From positions 62,001 to 84,427 of the forward strand of contig NKIB01012282.1 of assembly GCA_002256025.1 (NCBI GenBank): 22,427 bases of DNA, in the 5' to 3' direction. The translations under genes and the position numbers were made by a program. Under the pieces are notes generated by a model, which worked only from the letters and a program-made list of their open reading frames with translations, was not told the origin of the DNA and did not search any database. This stretch comes from Asterionella formosa. Lineage: Eukaryota. Positions 1 through 8,157 of this stretch are shown here, piece after piece; position 1 is the stretch's first letter, and each line of letters begins with the position of its first letter.

Positions 1-929
1 TTGAGGTTTAGCTGCTCAATTTCCGTTTCATGAGGAGTAGGTAAGCATTCCTTTGTCTGCCAACATGATTAAAGTCTCTCAATGATGACTCTCCAAATAA
101 TTATATATTGTGAGACTTATATGTTGGATTTGTTGGCTTTTTTCTATATCGTGCATACCAGCCACAGTGCTGATTTGCTAGTAGTTTATTATGCCAGTAC
201 CAGGTACTGCTAAGGTAGAATATATAATATATATATATTGGCTCATTGGCACTTAAACAACTCAACTCGAAATAAAACGAATTATTGTGGTGCTCAACTT
301 AATTATTACTATGGCGCGAAAATACCATAGTACTGGATGTGGAAAAATCTTGAAACTAGCTAATTATTTATATAGCTTCAGCTTCCCCTATCTTTTGAAA
401 AAGCCATGTAGGCTCAATGGGATGAAACTGATTTGGACTAAACAACGTCGACAGTCAATTTTGGGCTGCTATAACTAAAGAACTGGTACAAGATTGCAGT
501 GTTCAAGTACAAACAATGCTGTTCTTTACATGCAAAGAAAGAACTTTTTTGTATAACACTGATATACAATATTACAAATAAGTGGGTCAAACCGTGTGAT
601 TACTCCGTTTTGTTATGACTATCAGCCAGTACAAAAATGAAAGTTGGTATGACTCTCAGTTTCTAGGTGGTAGTCAGTTTTGATCTATTGTGCATAGCAA
701 AGATTTTCACATAGCGGTGGCTTTCAGTGCTAATTTTTTATACATACCTGAATATATTTCCCCCTCAAACCATGTTAATTATTAATCCATTTATACTTCA
801 AAAATTATTTTTATATTACTTAAAATTTTGCACTTTTGTGGGACAGCATCATCAGTGAATTCTTCTGAGTGAGGATGCATTACATAAATCACAAGATTAT
901 CATTCAATTACTTGCAGAGTCTCAAACTT

Positions 930-1580
930 TATCATGGTTTGGTGGATTGGCAGTAGTAGCACCAGTAGCACCAGCCAGCAATAGCAACAGGAGGAGATGC
1001 AGCCATAGTAGCAGCAAGTATAAGAACCACAGGAGGAGGAGGTGCATAGAGAGGGAATGGTGGCTGCTGCTGGTCACCACAGTGATTGATGTTATCAAAT
1101 CTTGTAATTAGAGCTTGCCTTGTTTGTTGAACAGGCAAATCACCTGATTGTTTGTACCAACATGAAATCAAATTCAGCTCTTCCAATTTGTTCTTTTGTT
1201 TTGTTCTGCACTTTCAATGTAAATAATTTTTCTTTAAGTGTATAGAACTTTTGTTGCCTTTTTGTTTCTTTTGTACTAATTACAATGTCTGATATTTGCT
1301 TCCATTCCAGTGTAGCAGCAAAAATATTTGGCCCCAGAGCAAATGTTTGTGCAGAGGCCAGAAGTCCTGCTGTTGTCCTTTTCTTATGTCCTTTGCTTGA
1401 TGTGGGCATCTGCTGTCTCCTTTCTACTTCTAGCTTGGGTCTTCTGGTCAATTTCATTTTGCACATCCTCAACTTGCAAAACTCATTGATGCTTCTAACA
1501 ATTGTTCCAGCAAAGCCAGTACAAATGTTTAAATCATCAGGAGGACAAGGTAGAACAGCAGTAGCCTCTGTTGATGCAGT
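930..1580 (-). pseudogene. Degenerate transposon-derived ORF remnant, resembling the post-catalytic C-terminal part of a pogo/Tc1-mariner-type transposase (tentative)
   Basis: The minus strand reads ...PPDDLNICTGFAGTIVRSINE...KKRTTAGLLASAQTFALGPNIF... (frame of ORF 1140..1472). After a frameshift it continues WYKQSGDLPVQQTRQALITRF...PPPP (ORF 932..1186). The frames are broken and there is no CpG between 717 and 1642. The family call rests on recalled resemblance only; no catalytic DDE region is visible. Confidence 0.45.
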
Positions 1581-1674
1581 GAAAATAAATAATTCTCAAA
1601 ATAACAACTATTGGATCTTTATTATTCCTTGTTTTCATTCTCCGATGCGATGCAACAAATCATCACATACTCAC

Positions 1675-3127
1675 TTAGGATCCAAATGAAGCGAAAAAGT
1701 CATCGGCATTGTTGACCTTCATCTTTTGCACTGTTGGCTTTTGCCCAATGTACGCGCCAGAACTGGGAGCCAATGGAGGAGGCGTGATATTTCCCATAGG
1801 TTGCGTTCCCGTGGAGGATGGAGCCGATGTTGTGGGCTTTTGGGCGAATCCAAATGAGGATGGTGCAGCTGCAGAATACGAGGATGGTCCAGCACTGGAC
1901 AACCCTCCACTACCAAACTTGGCGGCCATGCGCGCCTTTGCTTCATCTCGAAGCCTCGTCTGGCGCATGACATACTGTTCATCAGATTCTCCAGACAATC
2001 GTTCAATGCCATTGCGATCCTCTCCGGGCATACCATGAGCTTCTTGCAACATGGCTCCGCCATTCATCGTAGCGGTTCCTCCATTCATGGTCATACTATC
2101 CGATCCGAAGCCACTGTATTTGGAATTCCCGGTTCGTTGAGATGCCATTTGCCTTTGTAGTTCGGACAATCCGTCGCTTTCTGTATCTGTGCCCACGACG
2201 GAGTTAATCGACGATCCAAACGACGACCACAAGGACGATCCCGCAGCGGTGACACTTCCACCCAAAGCCGACAATTGACGGTGCGTCGATGGATCCGAAA
2301 TCAAACTTGAGGCGCTCTGAGCCGCTGTAGCAGTGAAACTTCCAAAGGTACTGAGCGCTGATCCAAAGCCACTCACCAATGAATCAATTCCACCACTGTT
2401 GCCGCCATTGCCATAATTAGGGTCAGACCCAATCCCAGCCATGCGTGATCCCTGTTGCCCGTTACCACCAAATTTGAGCGCCATACGTTGGCGAGCTTCT
2501 TCTTTGAGTCTTGTTTGACGAATAATGTATTGATCGTCCGTTTCTCCCAAGAGTCTCTGGAGGCCGTTGGGGTCTTGGTGACTCTGTTGACTACCGGTAG
2601 ACGAGTTCGTGGGATTGGAAGCTTTAGGCAATTCAGTTGGTTCAGGGGTTCCTTCGACGCGAGCCCGCAAAACTTCCTTGTAGAGCTGTGCGGCGGGTGA
2701 TTCGTACTTTTGCTTAATAGGCATAGTTGCAGGAACGCCTTTCTGCGAAAGAAAGGCGGCGCATTTTGCATTACCGCCGGCCTTCATGAGCAGGAGTTGT
2801 TTGGGATTCCAAGAGTCCATTGCAACGGATCTGACAAACGAGATGTGTACTCCGAGGGAGCTATAGTACCGAAGTCGCTGGGTTAGCGCATTGACAATAG
2901 CCGGCAGAGCGCTGATGCATGGGTATACACATGCATTCGCCACAGAACCCATCATTGCAAATGACAGTGATTCAGACTCACCGATGAACACCGGAACATT
3001 CCAAGCAAAACAAAGTTCCAAAGCTCACAGAGGCCCATTGTGGTTGCTTCATTCCGCAGTCGGCGCACTTGTCATTTCCAGACAAGGCCTTGACAATTTG
3101 CTGGTCCATGGCTGTCATTTGCGACAT
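1675..3127 (-). CDS. ADP-ribosylation factor GTPase-activating protein, ArfGAP1/Gcs1-like (443 aa, 2 exons)
   Basis: Exon 1 is 3127..2982 (MSQMTAMDQQ...CADC...WASVSFGTLFCLECSGVH). The intron is 2981..2861 (GTGAGT...CTAAC...TAG, 121 nt). Exon 2 is 2860..1675. Splicing restores the zinc finger CxxC-x16-CxxC, the catalytic Arg (HR-SLGVHISFVRS), MDSW and GGN. The tail has Ser/Gly-rich amphipathic ALPS-like segments, a KYSGFGS motif and ends DDFFASFGS. Confidence 0.95.
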
Positions 3128-3242
3128 GGTGGTAACTATTGCACTATGGATTGCGGAAGGAATCACCAACACGGTTCTGTCGATTGAATCAATTTCTAGT
3201 GTGAAGCCTGACGATGCTGCAGCTTTGAATGAATGGAATGAC

Positions 3243-3968
3243 TACCGGTAGTTTAGACGATGCTCGGCGTGTTGATAGGGCTTTGCGACCGGACAGGAAA
3301 CACCTAAAACGCTGGCGACAAGGACAGAAAGTCCAAGAATGAGCGAATGAATAAAACAAAGGTATGGGATGGTACCTGGTATACCAGGTGTACTAGTGGC
3401 ACCGGGTTGTCCATTTCGGCTACCGAACGGCACTTCAGTTGCGAAATATACTGGGTATGATAACTACCGGTACCTGGTACCGGTATTTTCGTTCGGCTGG
3501 TCCTACCGGTATTTTGTGTACCTGGTACCAGGTCCAGGTATAATTTTATAGTATGTACTTGTACTACCTGGTGCTCCGTACCAGGTACAAATATTGTATG
3601 TACACCGTACCGCCATTACACCAGTACCTGGTCCAGTGACCGTGCCTTGTTCAACAAATGACTGTTTTTGTGTGTTGAGTGCGACCAGTTACCTAATATC
3701 GTAGAACAGCATAGTACCTGCAAGCTGCGGTAGGATAAAGAAAGCAAAACGTGTATTTATTACTTTCAGCACAATGACCGTAGCCAACTTGTCGGTACTG
3801 GTACCTGGAATGAAGGTACTGGAATACCGTAATACGTATCGAGTAACGTAATGGTTCATAAAAACCAAACCAATGCTGCCTCGGCTTCTGGCTGTCTCCG
3901 CTTTTGTATTTTTTCTTTCCACCATCCCACATATATACTGTAGGCGTACAGGTATATGTATACCGGTA
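3243..3968. promoter_or_regulatory. Densest cluster of TACC(W)GGTA palindromes, in the ArfGAP/p24 divergent intergenic region
   Basis: Exact copies at 3243, 3373, 3465, 3471, 3478, 3504, 3519, 3579 and 3961, plus many near-matches. The regulatory role is inferred from position only. Confidence 0.5.
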
Positions 3969-4093
3969 TAAATGATAATACGCACGTATAGTATTACCGG
4001 ATGATGCCTGTACGTAGAGTCCAACGCCTTGACCTCTCGTCATTATTATTCCTTGCTTCTCGTCGTATCAACGACACCTTCCTTCCACTGACT

Positions 4094-4978
4094 ATGAAGA
4101 CGCCATGGGCCGTGCTCCCGCTCCTTTCGCTTCTGTCGAACGTCATCTATGGTCTCCCCTACATGTTGATATCGAGCACTCGACCAAAGTGTGTGACTGT
4201 GACGGCGTCGCAAGGTACCACGCTTCATGTGGCGTACTATGCCCCCGACATGATACTGCCTCCGCCGGACGATGTGGAGCCACCGCTGAAGGACTCCGTG
4301 ATCTCAGGCATGAATGTCACAGACGGCATGGATGCACACTACAAACGTCATATTACCAAGTTGCACCTTGAAGACATGAAACGAGCCGGTCACCAAATGA
4401 GGGATCTGAGCATTGTCATTCAACAAGTCGCCCGACAAAATGTGGTGGCCGCGGTCGCGAACGACTTTCGAAGACGGCGAGAAAAAATTGCGGTGGATCG
4501 TTCCGGAGGGACGGTAAAGTTGCGGATGGAACTTGATACGAAGGAAGGCTCGCTTTCGTTTGAAACAGGTGGGACTAATGGGCCTGTAGAAATTTGTTTG
4601 CAGAGCCTGTCCGCGACAGTTACGGCGCCGTCTAGGGTCATGTTGAATATTACACAACAGACAACAGGAGAAGCTGAACATGAAACTGAAACGATTCTCA
4701 AGGAAGTAGACAGAAAGTTGGAGGAAGTGCAAGCAAAGGCAAGGCAGGAAGTTCCACGGTTCCATGCGGATTTGATTGCTTTGGAGGGCAAGGTCGACAT
4801 GATGCTGAGCAATTCCTATTTTGCCAGTGAACAAGAAGATTCGTTTCATGTCACCAGCATTCGACTCAATCGTTCTACTAAGTACTGGCCCATGATTCAT
4901 ATCACGGTCTTGTTTATCGCGGGATTCACGCAAGCGAATCACATAGTAAGGTTTTTCAAGGAAAGGCACATATTCTAA
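4094..4978 (+). CDS. p24/emp24/gp25L (GOLD domain, TMED-like) cargo receptor (294 aa)
   Basis: The ATG at 4094 begins a signal peptide (MKTPWAVLPLLSLLSNVIYG). Two Cys typical of GOLD domains follow (PKCV; EICLQS), then a coiled coil, a C-terminal TM helix (WPMIHITVLFIAGFTQ) and a short tail with an FF motif (RFFKERHIF). An upstream in-frame ATG at 4001 is less likely. Confidence 0.85.
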   Translation: MKTPWAVLPLLSLLSNVIYGLPYMLISSTRPKCVTVTASQGTTLHVAYYAPDMILPPPDDVEPPLKDSVISGMNVTDGMDAHYKRHITKLHLEDMKRAGHQMRDLSIVIQQVARQNVVAAVANDFRRRREKIAVDRSGGTVKLRMELDTKEGSLSFETGGTNGPVEICLQSLSATVTAPSRVMLNITQQTTGEAEHETETILKEVDRKLEEVQAKARQEVPRFHADLIALEGKVDMMLSNSYFASEQEDSFHVTSIRLNRSTKYWPMIHITVLFIAGFTQANHIVRFFKERHIF

Positions 4979-5253
4979 TCCAATGGAGCGATCGATATGT
5001 TTGATCCAGGTTGCTGATTGCAGTGAGTATTTCAAATCTCTCTAATTATTTAGCCTGTTTACAGATAGAATCGATACAAGTCGACTACTAACCATTGCCA
5101 CCAGCATGTTCGTTCGTGAATCCAGATTGATCGGCATCCGAATCTACTAGAAATAATAATACTCCTTGTTTCAACCCCTACTTTCCTCTCCGATAATTTT
5201 TTTTTGAATATATTTCTAGAAGTATCTATGCCACTCTAAACAGATAGATCGCT

Positions 5254-6198
5254 TCAATTGAATTCCGTGGTCATTTGTTTCAGCACGAACTCATAGCACG
5301 GAAAAATGATCCCATTAACCGGAAACGCGCGAACCATTGTCACGCCCAAACCTCTAAACATGATATTCCACCCATGTTGCCTAACAAGATCTCGCCCTAC
5401 TTGCATCATTCTCACCTGAGAATCTAGCGGTGACGTTTGAATCCTTGTTTTAATGACATCGACTGGATAAATGGCCGCCCAAGTAATACATCCAGTGACA
5501 CCGCCAGCAAACGCGGAGGCCAACCATGTGTGAGGATTTCCTTCATGGCCTCCTTCTTCTAAACGGACTGTAACCCAATCCTTTACAGCATCATAAATAG
5601 CAAAGTATGCCCCAAAGGCTGGGACTTCTCGGATGGTCGTACACCACCACCCTCGGTAGAGACCACGCATAACACCGTGGTCCTTGACAATGTGAGATGC
5701 CACTTGGTAGGGTCCCTTGTATAAATAGTCGGGCATGCCCTTACCATGCTGTACTTGAAGCCGACACTTTATATGTTCCATGGGACAAATAACCACAGCC
5801 TGTACCAACCCAGCAAAGCTCCCACAGCAAAAGGCCTTTTGCCAAGGATCGTGATTTGTAATACCTTGTTCATCCAGTCCGACATTCTCGTCCCATAGTC
5901 GAGACGAAGCCCCATAGGAACTGAAGATAATGGCATTGACAATGGCAGCTGTGGATAGTGGAGCTGCCATGCCCCGAAATAGTGAGGATATGCCTCCGAA
6001 GGAAGAGAGCATTGAGGAGGATCCACCCCCGACACCGGTTTGCATACGGACTTTGATAGTGTCGAAAGGATGACCGACCACGACGGAAGCAGATCCAGCA
6101 ATGCCTCCGGCAATCAAGTCATGTATCGCAGTGACTTCTATGGTGCCTTCTTCCATCGGTGTAATGATGTCGTGTTGCGGTGGTGTCGTTTGCTCCAT
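5254..6198 (-). CDS. Mitochondrial carrier family (SLC25) protein, carnitine/acylcarnitine or ornithine/basic amino acid subgroup
   Basis: Three Px[DE]xx[KR]xR signatures (PFDTIKVR, PMEHIKCR, PVDVIKTR), plus REVPAF and RAFPVNG substrate-contact motifs typical of the SLC25A20/A29/A45 group. No intron is needed. The first ATG is at 6198. Confidence 0.93.
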   Translation of the reverse strand: MEQTTPPQHDIITPMEEGTIEVTAIHDLIAGGIAGSASVVVGHPFDTIKVRMQTGVGGGSSSMLSSFGGISSLFRGMAAPLSTAAIVNAIIFSSYGASSRLWDENVGLDEQGITNHDPWQKAFCCGSFAGLVQAVVICPMEHIKCRLQVQHGKGMPDYLYKGPYQVASHIVKDHGVMRGLYRGWWCTTIREVPAFGAYFAIYDAVKDWVTVRLEEGGHEGNPHTWLASAFAGGVTGCITWAAIYPVDVIKTRIQTSPLDSQVRMMQVGRDLVRQHGWNIMFRGLGVTMVRAFPVNGIIFPCYEFVLKQMTTEFN

Positions 6199-6944
6199 GG
6201 TGAGGGTTGCCAGTAGTTTGTTCCTGCGTGACACTAGGCGTGTGAAATATCTTTGAATGAAGGATTAATCGAATCTGAAACAGCTATTTCGCATCGCAAT
6301 TGTGGAATTTGCCACTGGGAACGAGATGGTTACTGAGACTTTGAATAAGGTTCACAGTAGCATATGTAGATACCGACGGAGGAACAAATGAAATGCTAAC
6401 GAAATGCTTGTGAGCCCATTGGTGTTATCTGGACTACCTGGTACTACAGTCAGTGCGTCCGATATCATACTGTTCAAGCAATCATGGCGTCACGTATCAA
6501 TACATACTGCCTCATAATAAGTCTATTAAAAAATGTAGCTAAAAAATACTAGATAGCATTCATACCAAATGAATATTGTAAAATAGCTACGAGGCAGCCA
6601 GCCCTTGAATTAGGTAAAAATAATGAGCAACGAACCCTACCGGTACATAAGACATAGTATTGTACTACCTGGGGTACCAGGTACCGGTAATTCGTCCGCA
6701 TGAGCTACGAAGAAACTTCGACACAATTACCGTCTCGTCCATTTCGTCTTTCTCCATATTTTAGTCTGTGTCGTAGCTTCGTAGATACTTCGCTGGAATA
6801 TATGAAAGCGATCCATAGAATACTAGAATAGCGAGCCAGGAATAGTAAGTAGAAGTAGCATAGATGGTTTTTTGAATTCGGTGCTAAGTAAACGTGTGCC
6901 ATTCCCAAATCCGGGTTTGAGGTCCTGATCCAATCTCTGGGCTC

Positions 6945-7027
6945 TGTGGCAGTCGATTTGCGCTTTGCCGAGGGAGGGACGTAGGGTGGGTGATTTAGAC
7001 TATAAATTGCGAAAGGCTTGGCGATGC
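6945..7027. mobile_element. Isolated fragment resembling the right end of the 8158-10396 element family
   Basis: TTGCGAAAGGCTTGGCGATGC (7007-7027) resembles TTGCGAAAAGCTTGCCGATAGC (10359-10380). It is preceded by the family subterminal motif GGCAGTCGATTT (6948-6959). Confidence 0.45.
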
Positions 7028-7809
7028 TTTAGACTGCTCCTCTGAATCGTTATTCAAAGAATTGTGTGCTTCAGCACCCCTGTACTAGTAGCTAATTTAC
7101 TTGTTTAACCTCGTGTGGTTGCTGTCTCCTTCCCTTGTTGTCTTAGCTGCCAACTCTTGGTTGCTTGTTCGATTGAACTCTAGAAGCTAGAACTTAAAAG
7201 TCGCATTGTTGCTACATTAATCTCTCAGCTTTGACTCCTTCGATTTGCATTGCATGGTTTTTCTAGTGGATGAAGCTGCTTAAAACGAAAAGGGACGAAA
7301 AAACCTTGATTGGGATAAGAATTCCACACCCTGGTCTGGAGCCCTCCATCAAAAGAAACACTTGTTTCCTTAAGTACAAACTATGAAATATTTATGTAAA
7401 TTCATATATTGCTTTGCTACTCTATGATTAGTAGAAGAGCCTGGGTTTGCTTGGAAAAGACAACAATTTTAACCTGACTGAATAGATTGTGACACCAGCA
7501 TCCTTTGCATTCCATGACAAATCTGTTGTCTATCTATATTTCAAGTATCTTTCGTCAATTGAAAAGCACACAACTTTGTATTTCTTACAATCATGTATAA
7601 TGCATGAAGTCTACAGTCTACAAAGTGTTGACTATGCCTTGGGTCACCATTTGTCATGGAACCTGGCTGATAGCACCACTTGAAAACTCCTTTAAACCTC
7701 TATTTCACTAGCTATGTTCAATTGAATAGTACAACTAAATCCCAGATGAGCGGGTGGTTCATTATTGGAACTCATGAAATTTTATTGGGATGTGATGTAG
7801 TACAGCCAA

Positions 7810-8151
7810 AACCCAATACAGGGGCAACCTTGAATTGCAAAATGTTGACACCTTGAAATAGGAAATAAACAGAGCCCAATACAGGGAATACCTTGTATAG
7901 AATGATATTCTCATGACAAATAAAGGAACACCTTGAATTTTTTGGGCTTGACAAATAGACCTTTTGCTAATACAAGGTGAACCTGGTATTGGAATGGTAC
8001 ATCACCTTGTTTTGAAAAAAATATCAAATGACCGAAACCTTGAATTGGAAAACATTGCGACGCCGAATACAAGGTATGCCTGGCTTTGGAGGACAAAAAC
8101 CTGTTGAAATCGTACAAAAATTGCCAATACAGAGTACTTTCGTTTCCTGTG
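7810..8151. repeat. Array of ~12 short motifs (AATACAAGGT / ACCTTGWATT) in both orientations; probable transposon subterminal region ending ...TTTCCTGTG
   Basis: Forward copies at about 7813, 7876, 7967, 8063 and 8124. Reverse copies at about 7827, 7850, 7890, 7930, 7981, 8004 and 8037. Several are paired head-to-head. The end at 8151 reads CACAGGAAAC on the minus strand. Confidence 0.65.
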
Positions 8152-8157
8152 TATACT

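Noticed and set aside
1..716. Short ORF 287..478 and an AT dinucleotide run near 219-238
   Set aside because: AT-rich sequence with no recognisable product, and the run is too short and imperfect to be informative.
2861..3021. N-terminus of the 448-aa ORF (MELCFAWNV...LRYYS)
   Set aside because: It is intron read-through plus an out-of-frame part of exon 1. The spliced model restores the ArfGAP zinc finger.
3243..3640. Palindrome cluster as a CRISPR array or tandem satellite
   Set aside because: Units are 8-9 nt and irregularly spaced, with no repeat-spacer periodicity and no cas genes. The context is eukaryotic.
4304..5035. 243-aa antisense ORF over p24, and similar shadow ORFs (e.g. 13394..13903, 10891..11283, 20110..20430)
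   Set aside because: They overlap well-supported genes on the opposite strand or another frame and show no recognisable motifs.
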